Shown one piece after another: positions 9,619 to 18,776 of a stretch of DNA of 64,000 bases; positions within the stretch are counted from its first letter, which is position 1; every line of letters starts with the position of its first letter. The notes beneath the pieces are model-generated. The model was not told where the DNA came from. It did not search any database and saw nothing but the letters and a program-made list of their open reading frames with translations. This stretch comes from a bacterium (GTDB lineage Bacteria; Patescibacteriota; Minisyncoccia; UBA6257; GWB1-50-10). The stretch spans positions 55,484-119,483 of the forward strand of contig NZBZ01000020.1 in NCBI GenBank assembly GCA_002686365.1. Direction: 5' to 3'. Position numbers and translations under genes: made by a program.

Positions 9619-10542
9619 ATGCGTCTTTCAACAGTAGAAACAATTTACGAGGCAGCTCTCGAAAATCCAGATATACACTTCATGAGTGGAGATTTGGGGC
9701 ATGTTAAAACAAAAGAGTTTCAAAAGAATCTTCGCGCACAGTATCTCAACGCGGGCATGGCCGAACAGAATATTATCGGTGTTGCAGCAGGACTTGCTCT
9801 TACAGGGAAAAAAGTTTTTGCATACTCAATAGTTCCTTTTATCACCCTTCGTTGTCTCGAGCAGATTAAAGACGACGTGTGTAATCACAATATAGATGTA
9901 ACCGTGATCGGTATTGGCGGCGGGTTTGCTTATGGGAATGCTGGGGCTACTCATTATTCTATTGAAGACATTGCAGCTCTCCGGGCATTACCGAATATGA
10001 AGATTGTCTGTCCAGCAACTCCTTATGAGGCAAAAATGCTGACTAAGGAGGTTATTCGTTTGGGCGGACCAGCTTATATTAGGCTTGGCAGAGGAAAAGA
10101 GCCGAATTTAGAAAAGGAGTATTCTGTTGAATTTGGTAAAGCCGTAGTTGTAAATCTTGGCAATGATGTGACGATTTTCGTTTCAGGGCCGATTATTTCC
10201 GAAGCGCTCCGAGCAGCAGAGATTTTAGAAAAAGAAAATATAAGCACTGAAGTTATTAATATGCATACTATAAAACCGCTTAACGCGGATATTGTTTGTG
10301 ACAGAGCAAAAAAACGAAAAATGCTTTTCACGCTTGAGGAGCATAATGTGATAGGCGGATTAGGAAGCGCTGTTGCGGAAATTGTAAGCAAAATTCGAGA
10401 TCCACGAGCACCGCTCCACTGCTTTGGAGTCCCTGATAAGTGGCCGAAGCTTTTCGGAAGCCAGCAGTATTTAAGAGAGCAGATGGGAATCTCCGGAGAA
10501 CTCGTTGCTGAAAAGATAAAAAAAGAAATAAAAACACTATAG
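9619..10542 (+). CDS. transketolase, C-terminal (pyrimidine-binding) subunit
   Basis: 307 aa; collinear with the C-terminal half of TktA-type enzymes; the gene starts 4 nt after the N-terminal subunit. Confidence 0.88.
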   Translation: MRLSTVETIYEAALENPDIHFMSGDLGHVKTKEFQKNLRAQYLNAGMAEQNIIGVAAGLALTGKKVFAYSIVPFITLRCLEQIKDDVCNHNIDVTVIGIGGGFAYGNAGATHYSIEDIAALRALPNMKIVCPATPYEAKMLTKEVIRLGGPAYIRLGRGKEPNLEKEYSVEFGKAVVVNLGNDVTIFVSGPIISEALRAAEILEKENISTEVINMHTIKPLNADIVCDRAKKRKMLFTLEEHNVIGGLGSAVAEIVSKIRDPRAPLHCFGVPDKWPKLFGSQQYLREQMGISGELVAEKIKKEIKTL

Positions 10543-10705
10543 ATTCTGACGCAGTAACTTGCGGGATAATAAATATAACAATATAATCAATAAATAAGTC
10601 GTACTGTCATAAACCCCATAAATTAGCGGATTAAATCAGTAGATTAAGGTAGATTTTAATCTGCTCGACCCGTACTGACGTTATTCAGGCGGGCTTATAA
10701 ACGAG

Positions 10706-11812
10706 ATGAAAATACAAGATTTCAAAAAAAACTTAAAACCGCTTGATATAGTGATATTTCACGTAGGCGGAGTAGGGGACTATGGTCCGGTCGAGTGTGT
10801 TGTTGATAAATTTGCTCCTCACGTGATTACGGTCTGCTTTGAGGCCAATACATCGGAGAATGATGAGCTTGTTCAAAAAGAGCTTTCTGAGCGCGGAGTT
10901 AGGGCGGTTCTAATGCCTCATGCTGTTGGGGGCACTGTAGAAAGGCGGCCTTTTTACATTAATAAGCATTCAGTAAGCAGCAGTCTATTTCCTCCTTCGC
11001 CGCAGGCTATTGAAGAAAACGTAGTCTATAGCGACGGTGATATTACTTGGGGAGAATTTTGCGAATTAGACCGTACTGTTGAAATGGATGTCACTACTTT
11101 TGATAAGGTTATAAAAGATAATGATATTCCGCCTCCTGATATTGTAAGCCTAGACGCCCAAGGAGCAGAGCTGAGTATTATGAAGGGAGGAAAGGAGCTG
11201 GCAATGCCGAACGTATTGTGCGTAGTTAGCGAAATTGAATTTTGGGAAATCTATGAGGGGCAGGGCATGTTTTGCGAGCAGATGAAGTTTCTTAATGATC
11301 TTGGATTCCGAATCGCGGAGATATTCTGCCCTCAGTACTGGCATCCTGATACAGCTGTAGGCAAAGGATTTCTAACAGTTGGTGAGGCCTTGTTTTTCCG
11401 TGATGCTAATAAGTATTCTGCCAAGTTTAAGAATTCAGATGATAAAACTATTCTCTATGAGGCAATGAAACTTGCCGCCATAGCGTATTCATTCCGGAGA
11501 TTGTCATATGCCTCTATGTTGGTGACGTGGATTCTTGAGAAGTTCGGCGAAGAAGCAAGGACATTATTTTTGGCTAATGAGAGTTACAAGCCGCTTCTAG
11601 GTCTTCAGAAAGCTGTTAAGCGTAATCATAAAAAATATTTGAAGGATGATAAATTTTTCTTTAAGACTGGCTGGCGCAGAAAGGGGCTTGCAAAGCTTGA
11701 GTTTCAGGACGCTATTAAGCCTCTTCTTAAAGGAGGCCCACTGGCTGCTATGCAGTACGCAGAAACTATTCTTCGAGATATATTACGCCATATATTTTGG
11801 TTTAAACGATAA
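10706..11812 (+). CDS. FkbM-family methyltransferase (Methyltransf_21) paralogue 1
   Basis: FEAN...TTFDKV...LDAQGAELSIMKGG pattern; clear paralogue of the next gene. Confidence 0.6.
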   Translation: MKIQDFKKNLKPLDIVIFHVGGVGDYGPVECVVDKFAPHVITVCFEANTSENDELVQKELSERGVRAVLMPHAVGGTVERRPFYINKHSVSSSLFPPSPQAIEENVVYSDGDITWGEFCELDRTVEMDVTTFDKVIKDNDIPPPDIVSLDAQGAELSIMKGGKELAMPNVLCVVSEIEFWEIYEGQGMFCEQMKFLNDLGFRIAEIFCPQYWHPDTAVGKGFLTVGEALFFRDANKYSAKFKNSDDKTILYEAMKLAAIAYSFRRLSYASMLVTWILEKFGEEARTLFLANESYKPLLGLQKAVKRNHKKYLKDDKFFFKTGWRRKGLAKLEFQDAIKPLLKGGPLAAMQYAETILRDILRHIFWFKR

Positions 11813-11831
11813 GCAGTAAGAAGCAATAACA

Positions 11832-12872
11832 ATGGCGACATGCCCGAAATTTACCGAATGCCTTGTCAGTGACAGGGTATTTGCTCAAAATCCTCTATCA
11901 GTAGTTGATGTGGGAGCCCGAGGAGGTCCAGAGCCGCATTGGCTGCACTACAAAGATCAGGTAAAGATCGTTGCTTTTGAGCCTGAAAAGAAAGAGTGTG
12001 AAGCGTTAAATAAAAAACGCGCCTCTTCGCGAATCACATATTATCCTTTCGCTCTTCATAAGGCAGAGGGAACATATGAATTCTATGAGCTAGGCACACC
12101 AGACGGAGCAAGCTTTTATAAAATGAACGAAGAGTTCGTAGAACGGTTTCCTGATGAAATGGATCTTGGCGTGAAAGGTCAAACGCGTGTGCAGGCAACA
12201 ACTCTTGATTCGTTTCTTGCTGAGCACAAAATCCCTAATGTGGATTTTATGAAGATTGATACAGAGGGCGCGGAACTGGATGTATTGGAGGGATCAATAA
12301 AAGCACTTAAGAGTTCAGTACTTGGTATAAGCTGTGAGGTTCTTTTTACTCCATGGAGAAGCAACAAAGTTCTTTTTAGTAATGTAGAACGGTTTTTGTA
12401 TGAGTTGGGGTTTAGGTTATACGATCTTAGTACGCATAAGTATGCCAGAAAATCTTTTCCCGGACCGGAAAGTTCTTGGGGACAGATAATAGTAGGGCAG
12501 GCAATATTTTTCCGGGATCCTATTGAGGAGATAAAAAACAAAACTGCGCTTTTAAATGGATGGGACAAGGATCGTATATATAAGTTAGCAACATTATTTG
12601 AGATTTTTAGATTGCCGGATTGCGCAATAGAACTGCTTCAGTTTGCTAGTAAGGAGGGATTAATAGAGGCCGATGAGAAGGAGAGAGCACTTTATAATGA
12701 TCTTATATCAAAAAGTTATTCAGGCACTACATATGAGAAACATTTCAAAAAGTTAAAAAAGATAAAAAAGAGGGGATATGCAAGTTTTTACGAAATGTTA
12801 AAAGCGCGTGCACGCAAAAGTTTTCTTGCGAAAATAGTACGCAAATTCATTGTTGATCCCCGCCTAAAATAG
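11832..12872 (+). CDS. FkbM-family methyltransferase paralogue 2
   Basis: VVDVGARGG...VAFEPE...TTLDSFL...MKIDTEGAELDVLEGS matches the FkbM-domain consensus. Confidence 0.65.
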   Translation: MATCPKFTECLVSDRVFAQNPLSVVDVGARGGPEPHWLHYKDQVKIVAFEPEKKECEALNKKRASSRITYYPFALHKAEGTYEFYELGTPDGASFYKMNEEFVERFPDEMDLGVKGQTRVQATTLDSFLAEHKIPNVDFMKIDTEGAELDVLEGSIKALKSSVLGISCEVLFTPWRSNKVLFSNVERFLYELGFRLYDLSTHKYARKSFPGPESSWGQIIVGQAIFFRDPIEEIKNKTALLNGWDKDRIYKLATLFEIFRLPDCAIELLQFASKEGLIEADEKERALYNDLISKSYSGTTYEKHFKKLKKIKKRGYASFYEMLKARARKSFLAKIVRKFIVDPRLK

Positions 12873-12900
12873 TTTCAGCAGTGCTTATAAAAATAAAACA

Positions 12901-12922
12901 CCCTCGGGTTTAAAGCCGAGGG
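12901..12922. terminator. bidirectional hairpin terminator between convergent genes
   Basis: CCCTCGG-gtttaaag-CCGAGGG is a perfect 7-bp stem; AAAATAAAA lies on the left flank. Confidence 0.55.
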
Positions 12923-12955
12923 CAGATTGATCATGGAGCTGGTGCTGGAGGCTCC

Positions 12956-13732
12956 TTAGGTGAGCTCAGCGCGCTGGTCTCGCCGGAAGTTAACGTACTG
13001 CCTCCCTAGCGCAGTCTCGATGTAGCGCTCAACATCGTTTTCCCATCCGAGTTCTTCGGCAATCTCCGCTCCCAGCATTCGGAGAAATTTGACGAAGAAC
13101 TGAATGCTTTCAGGATCAACGAGCGAGCGCGCCCACTCCGGAAGCCATGCGTACCACTCCAGATTCCAGAACAGGAACTTAAGAATGGAGTCTCCACTCC
13201 CCATCCGGAAGTCGAACGGGTTACTTGCGCGGTAGAGAGGGACCTCACCCCCCCCATGAGCTGCCCCATCGAATATGTTGCGACACGGCCGCATGAGCCG
13301 ACTCAGCATGTCGGCAATCTGTAACATCTGCTGGAGCTCTGTTCCGAACCCCTCATGGAACCGCTCGCCGTGGTGTACTACAGCCTGAGCAATGCGGTCT
13401 TGAGCCTCGTCATCAAACGGGCTCTTCTCGAGAAGGGTGATGCAGGTGTGATACACAGCGTCTTGCCGCGCTCTCTTGCCAAGAGCTTGGAGTGCATCTT
13501 CATCAGACACAACTCCCCGCTCAATAAGAAGCCTTGCACAGCGATCTGCATTGTGCAGGAGGGCGAGCACGAGGAACTCGTATTTGTCCACCTCATAGGG
13601 TGCGAGAGGGTAGAGCTCGTGGAAGAGGTTCGCGACCGCATTCACATGAGGCCACCCGTGTCCTCCTTCGGCGTAAGCGTAGTAGGGCCCCAGGAGGGTC
13701 CTGAGATGAGATACGAACTCTTCATGCGTCAT
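12956..13732 (-). CDS. hypothetical protein, HD-domain-like; compositionally foreign (GC-rich)
   Basis: The ORF body is about 55-58% GC against about 40% around it. Start set at the internal ATG (MTHEEF...), because the 94 aa upstream in the track ORF come from AT-rich spacer. H...H, LLHNAD and VVHHG blocks suggest an HD-like fold. Confidence 0.45.
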   Translation of the reverse strand: MTHEEFVSHLRTLLGPYYAYAEGGHGWPHVNAVANLFHELYPLAPYEVDKYEFLVLALLHNADRCARLLIERGVVSDEDALQALGKRARQDAVYHTCITLLEKSPFDDEAQDRIAQAVVHHGERFHEGFGTELQQMLQIADMLSRLMRPCRNIFDGAAHGGGEVPLYRASNPFDFRMGSGDSILKFLFWNLEWYAWLPEWARSLVDPESIQFFVKFLRMLGAEIAEELGWENDVERYIETALGRQYVNFRRDQRAELT

Positions 13733-14013
13733 CGTGGATCGTCCTTCCAGTACAGCGTTATGAGACAGAAACAGTTGTGAAATGAACAGTATGCTTATAT
13801 AATGAAATGTGATAAAAGTCAAGATTAGAAAAAAGCATATAAGTGCGAAAAAGCTCAAATAAAAATAAAATACAGCATCTATAAAGCTAATAATCATGCT
13901 AAAATAGCTTATAAACAACAAAAACACAGGAAATATGCTAGTCTTACGTGTACCTTCTTCTATTGAAAATAAGCTAAAAGTTGTTATAGAATGGTACGGG
14001 AAAATATACTCCA

Positions 14014-15003
14014 ATGATTATAACTAGAACACCATTTCGTATATCATTTTTTGGAGGCGGAACCGACCATCCTTCTTGGTACAAGGAGCACGGTGGAGCG
14101 GTTATTTCGACTTCAATAGATAAGTACTGCCATGTAACCTGCAGGCACTTACCGCCTTTTTTTGAGCACAAATCCAGAATCGCATGGTCTAAAATAGAGC
14201 TTGTAAAATCCAGAGAAGAGATTGACCATCCAGTAGTGCGTGCTGCCCTCGAATATCACAATATAGATGATGGAGTTGAAATACACACATTCGCGGATCT
14301 GCCAGCCCGATCTGGCATAGGTTCAAGCTCCTCTTTTACTGTAGGAGTTCTTCACGCACTATCTATCTTTAAGGGAAAAGCAATAGACAAAAAACAGTTA
14401 GCTCTTAGGGCTATACATCTTGAGCAGGATATTTTGAAGGAGAATGTCGGCTCTCAGGATCAGGCTGCAGCAGCTTTTGGGGGATTCAACAAGATAACCT
14501 TTGGAGGATCAGAGGAAATACGAGTAGAGCCAATCTTCTTAGAGCAGGAAAAATTAAATAACTTGAAAAACCACCTCTTACTCTTTTTTACCGGACTGTC
14601 TAGAAAGTCCTCAGAAGTTGCAGGCGAACAGATAAAAAATATACCTAATATAGGAAAGGAGCTCACTGCCATGAGAAAGATGGTAGATGATGCATCCCAT
14701 GTGTTAGGAAAGGGAGATATAAAAGATTTTGGCAAACTGCTTGATGAGTCATGGAAAATAAAAAGAGGATTATCTTCCAAAGTTACGAATCCGCAAGTAG
14801 ATGGAATATATGAGGCAGCAAAAGAGGCAGGCGCGATTGGAGGAAAGGTTTTAGGCGCAGGAGGCGGAGGTTTCATGCTGTTCTTTGTGCCTCCAGAGCA
14901 TCATGAGGCAGTGAAAGCCAAATTAAATAATCTTCCACTTGTTCCTTTTGATTTTGAAGATAGCGGAAGCCACATCATACATCACCGAAAAGAAGACGCC
15001 TAA
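14014..15003 (+). CDS. hddA: D-glycero-alpha-D-manno-heptose 7-phosphate kinase (GHMP kinase)
   Basis: MIITRTPFRISFFGGGTDHPSWYKEHGGAVISTSIDKY... is the typical HddA N-terminus, with a GHMP motif; 329 aa. Confidence 0.8.
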   Translation: MIITRTPFRISFFGGGTDHPSWYKEHGGAVISTSIDKYCHVTCRHLPPFFEHKSRIAWSKIELVKSREEIDHPVVRAALEYHNIDDGVEIHTFADLPARSGIGSSSSFTVGVLHALSIFKGKAIDKKQLALRAIHLEQDILKENVGSQDQAAAAFGGFNKITFGGSEEIRVEPIFLEQEKLNNLKNHLLLFFTGLSRKSSEVAGEQIKNIPNIGKELTAMRKMVDDASHVLGKGDIKDFGKLLDESWKIKRGLSSKVTNPQVDGIYEAAKEAGAIGGKVLGAGGGGFMLFFVPPEHHEAVKAKLNNLPLVPFDFEDSGSHIIHHRKEDA

Positions 15004-15023
15004 CCCGCCTAGTTAGCATATTT

Positions 15024-16310
15024 ATGAAACAGGCTGTATTTCTTGACAGAGACGGAGTAATAAATAAAGAAAAGGGATATATTGCGAGCTCTGATGAGAT
15101 AGAGCTTATTAAGGGTGCTGGAGAAGCCATTGCCCTGCTCTCAAAACTTGGGATGAAGATTGTAGTAGTAACGAACCAGCCGCAAGTTGCAAGGGGTCTT
15201 TGCGATGAAGAGGATGTGAAAGAGATTAATAAAAAGGTAGAAGAACTCGTTGTATCATGCGGAGGAAAGATAGACGCGTTTTACTTTTGTCCGCATCATC
15301 CAGAGAGACACCATCCAGACATTCCAAAAGACAGAATGAAGTACCGAATTAAGTGCAAATGCAGAAAGCCGAATATAGGCATGTTAGAGCAGGCAGCACG
15401 CGATCTAGGCATATCTCCAGAAGGAAACTTTATGATAGGAGACCATCAGAGAGATATACAGGCAGGAAAAAAGTTTGGATGCAGAACTATACTGGTTCAT
15501 GCAGAGCAGAAAAAGGACAGTAAAAAAGAAGATGAAAAAGAAGAGGAGCCAGACTTTGTATGTGAGGATCTTTTGGATGCAGCGCATTTAATCGTCAGTG
15601 TGCAGAAAATGGCAACGCTCATTCTTGCAGGAGGAGAGGGAAGGCGTCTACGCCCGCTTACAGAAACCATGCCAAAGCCAATGGTGCCTATTGTAGGAAA
15701 GCCCGTGCTTGAGCATCTGATAGAGCTGAATAGAAAAGAGGGAATTAAACGAATTATCATTTCAGGAAGCTATATGTTCGACTATATTAAAGAGTACTTT
15801 GGAGATGGAAGCAGATTTGGAGTGAGTATTGAGTATGTAGATGACGGAGAGGAGCCATTGGGATCTGGAGGGCCGTTGAAGAAGTGTGAAGATATCTTGC
15901 CTGAGCATTTTGTTGTAATGAGTGGAGACGCAATTACCAACTTTGCCATTCACGAACTTGTGAATATGCACATGCAGAAAAAGGGAATAGCTACAATTGT
16001 AGTTCGTGAAACAGATCATCCAGAAGACAGCGATATTATTGAGGTTGATGACACAGGAAGGGCCGTGCACTTCTTCAGCAAGCTGGAGAAAGAAAAAAAG
16101 GGAGATATGGGAAATACCGGACTGTTCGTATTTAAAAAAGAAGCGCTTGCATTTGCACCAGAGAAAGGTAACCTTGAGCAGGATTTATTGCGTCCCTTGA
16201 TAGAGAAAGAAAAGGTGTACTGCTACATAAACACAAAATACTATATAAAAGACATTGGAACAAAAGAGAGGTATGAAAAGGCAGAAAAAGATTTTTCATC
16301 CCTCACATAA
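15024..16310 (+). CDS. fusion: D,D-heptose 1,7-bisphosphate phosphatase (HAD, GmhB) + D-glycero-D-manno-heptose 1-phosphate guanylyltransferase (HddC)
   Basis: N-terminus AVFLDRDGVIN... (HAD motif I, GmhB-like), a KE-rich linker, then MATLILAGGEGRRLRPLTETMPKPMVPIVGKP (NTP_transferase). Confidence 0.8.
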   Translation: MKQAVFLDRDGVINKEKGYIASSDEIELIKGAGEAIALLSKLGMKIVVVTNQPQVARGLCDEEDVKEINKKVEELVVSCGGKIDAFYFCPHHPERHHPDIPKDRMKYRIKCKCRKPNIGMLEQAARDLGISPEGNFMIGDHQRDIQAGKKFGCRTILVHAEQKKDSKKEDEKEEEPDFVCEDLLDAAHLIVSVQKMATLILAGGEGRRLRPLTETMPKPMVPIVGKPVLEHLIELNRKEGIKRIIISGSYMFDYIKEYFGDGSRFGVSIEYVDDGEEPLGSGGPLKKCEDILPEHFVVMSGDAITNFAIHELVNMHMQKKGIATIVVRETDHPEDSDIIEVDDTGRAVHFFSKLEKEKKGDMGNTGLFVFKKEALAFAPEKGNLEQDLLRPLIEKEKVYCYINTKYYIKDIGTKERYEKAEKDFSSLT

Positions 16311-16395
16311 CCCCATACACTCAAAAACCGTGCGTGAGGCATTATAATGTTCCCGACTATACGCGTTTGATTTCCATTGTATGTTATGTGAGGGA
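16299..16395. repeat. 95-bp element: 13-bp inverted repeats TCCCTCACATAAC / GTTATGTGAGGGA around a TATAAT-containing core (copy 1)
   Basis: The left arm overlaps the stop codon of the GmhB-HddC gene. The same architecture recurs at 59680-59776. Confidence 0.5.
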
Positions 16396-16474
16396 TTCAT
16401 CCTTAAAAGACTCGCCAGCCAAATAATTGCGTAAAAGCAGTGCCAGTGATAAAATTGCTGCCATGGATACAGAT

Positions 16475-17416
16475 ATGAAAAAACTTACCATTCTTGTAAC
16501 AGGAGGCTTGGGCTCAATCGGTCACGTGCTATGTAAACGTCTTATTAAAGAGGGGCACAGCGTTGTTATTGTGGACGACTTGAGCGTTGGGCATAAGGAA
16601 TTTTTAGAGGATATGCCAAGGGCAAAGCTATATGAATGCAGTGTATCAGACTACAAAAGCCTAAAGAAAGCCTTTAAAGAAAACAATATAGACGCAGTCT
16701 ATCATCTCGCAGCAAGACATTACATTCCATATTGCGAAACCCACCCCAAAGAAACAATGGAGACAAATGTATTTGGAACGCTGAACATTATAACGTTAAT
16801 GAAGGAACACAAGGTTCCGCGTCTCATCTTTGCCTCAACATCATCAGTGTACGAGCCAAGAGAACGTCCGTATAAAGAAGATGATAAGTTCGGGACTGTA
16901 AATATATATGGCGTTTCAAAGCTCGTATGTGAACATGCAATACAGAACTACGGACCTCATTACGATATAACGTACACCATCGCGCGATTCTTTAATGTAT
17001 ATGGTACTGATGACTTAGTGCATCATGTTATTCCAGAGTTAGTACAGCAGGCGCAAAACTCTGATGTAATAAAAGTAGGAAATCTGCATGCAAAGAGAGA
17101 TTTTATTCATGTAGATGATATAGTTGATGCTATTGTGAAGTGCCTAGAAAACGAAAAAGCCCGTAACAATATATATAACATAGGAACAGGAAGAGCGATT
17201 TCAATTCAGGATGTGGTTGATGCTATATGCAAAGCAGCAGGCAAAAAGTTCAAGATTGAGGTAGATGAAAAAAGGAAAAGAAAAGTAGATCCACCTGTAC
17301 TGCTTGCTGATAACTCAAAGATTATAAAAGATCTTGATTGGCATCCGGATAAGGGCTTCTCTTTAGAAAAAATATACGCAGAGACGAAATTTTGGCCGGT
17401 AGATCCCAGATCGTAG
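16475..17416 (+). CDS. NAD-dependent epimerase/dehydratase (SDR) family
   Basis: KKLTILVTGGLGSIGHVL Rossmann motif; start moved to the ATG preceding it. Likely acts on the GDP-heptose or another NDP-sugar. Confidence 0.8.
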   Translation: MKKLTILVTGGLGSIGHVLCKRLIKEGHSVVIVDDLSVGHKEFLEDMPRAKLYECSVSDYKSLKKAFKENNIDAVYHLAARHYIPYCETHPKETMETNVFGTLNIITLMKEHKVPRLIFASTSSVYEPRERPYKEDDKFGTVNIYGVSKLVCEHAIQNYGPHYDITYTIARFFNVYGTDDLVHHVIPELVQQAQNSDVIKVGNLHAKRDFIHVDDIVDAIVKCLENEKARNNIYNIGTGRAISIQDVVDAICKAAGKKFKIEVDEKRKRKVDPPVLLADNSKIIKDLDWHPDKGFSLEKIYAETKFWPVDPRS

Positions 17417-17420
17417 AAGC

Positions 17421-18476
17421 ATGAAAGTACTTTTTCTCACAACGAAACTCAATGATGTAGGAGGCATCCAGCAATACAATCGTATCTTTATAGAAACAGC
17501 AAGAGAACAGGGGCATAAGGTAACAATTGTTGAGAAAATTGGCGGAGGTCTATTCTCCAAATCAATCTTTGCAGCAAAGAGTCTGCTTCAGGGCATGCGT
17601 GGCTGGGATCTTATCTGGTGCGGGCACATTAACTTTTCTCCAGTAGGATATTTTATATGGAAAGTAAAAAAAACTCCTTATGCTATAAGCACTCATGGGC
17701 TTGAGACTTGGGAGTTAAGGGAGAGCCATAAGGAGCCAGTGCGCAATGCAAAGCTCATTACCACAGTAGCTCACTACTCCAAGAAAAAACTGGTTGAACA
17801 GATTCCAGAACTAGAAAACAGAGTTTACATGCTCTATAGCTTTGCCGACGGAATAAAATGGCATATAAAAGAAAAGTCACAGACTCTCGCAAAAAAACTT
17901 AGGTTGGAAGGAAAGAAAGTTATTTTGACTGTAGCTCGCTTATCTAAAGAAGAGGGATATAAGGGATATGATCGAATAATTCAGTCTCTGCCTCGCATAC
18001 AAAAAGATGTGCCGAATACTGCCTACATACTTGTAGGAAAGGGGGATGATGCGCCTAGAGTGAGCAGGCTTGTGGAAGAGATGGGGCTGCAAAAAGACGT
18101 AATCCTCGCAGGATATGTATCTGATGAGGAGCTTATAGACTATTATAATCTCGCAGATGTATTTGCCATGCCCTCAAAGAAAGAAGGGGCTCCAGCAGTA
18201 TTTTTGGAAGCCCTTGCATGCGGCCTGCCTGTTATTGGAGGAAATTGCGACGGATCCAGCACTCCGATAATGGATGGCAAGGTAGGATTTCTAATTGATC
18301 CGGAAAGTATTGATGAGATTACTGAGACGATTGTAAAAATTCTCAAAAAAGAAGTAGAGCCAAAACTTCTTGATGGAGAGTGGCTGAGGCGTGAGATGCT
18401 TGCAAAATTTGGAAAAGATAAATTTGAGGAACGCGTAGGCGAGGTCATGAATTTGGTGCAGGGTGAGGATAAGTGA
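17421..18476 (+). CDS. glycosyltransferase family 4
   Basis: EGAPAVFLEALACGLPVIG is the GT4 E-x7-E type C-terminal motif. Confidence 0.85.
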   Translation: MKVLFLTTKLNDVGGIQQYNRIFIETAREQGHKVTIVEKIGGGLFSKSIFAAKSLLQGMRGWDLIWCGHINFSPVGYFIWKVKKTPYAISTHGLETWELRESHKEPVRNAKLITTVAHYSKKKLVEQIPELENRVYMLYSFADGIKWHIKEKSQTLAKKLRLEGKKVILTVARLSKEEGYKGYDRIIQSLPRIQKDVPNTAYILVGKGDDAPRVSRLVEEMGLQKDVILAGYVSDEELIDYYNLADVFAMPSKKEGAPAVFLEALACGLPVIGGNCDGSSTPIMDGKVGFLIDPESIDEITETIVKILKKEVEPKLLDGEWLRREMLAKFGKDKFEERVGEVMNLVQGEDK

Positions 18477-18491
18477 TATACTGCAAAACGT

Positions 18492-18776
18492 ATGAATCCC
18501 GTTAGAGACAGCCAATTCTACTATGTTTATGTCTTGCGTAGTAAAAATAGTACAATATGGTATACAGGATTTACCGCAGATTTACGGAAGCGCTTTAAGG
18601 AGCACAGCAATGAAAAAATTGGATGGACAAAAAGTAGAAGACCATTTGAATTAATGTATTATGAAGCTTGCAAAAATATCACTGATGCAAGGTCGAGGGA
18701 AAAATATCTAAAATCAGGCATGGGAAAGCGCTATCTGAAAAATAGATTAAAGCGCTTCCTGTCTCTAACGGGATGA
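18492..18776 (+). CDS. GIY-YIG nuclease family protein (stand-alone, UPF0213-like)
   Basis: YVYVLRS...WYTGFTADLRKRFKEH is the GIY-YIG core; 94 aa. Confidence 0.8.
   Translation: MNPVRDSQFYYVYVLRSKNSTIWYTGFTADLRKRFKEHSNEKIGWTKSRRPFELMYYEACKNITDARSREKYLKSGMGKRYLKNRLKRFLSLTG

Noticed and set aside
13733-14014. N-terminal 94 aa of the 352-aa minus-strand track ORF (12956-14014)
   Set aside because: This part is a hydrophobic low-complexity translation of AT-rich spacer with abruptly different composition from the GC-rich body. The internal ATG at 13732 gives a coherent protein and avoids overlapping hddA.
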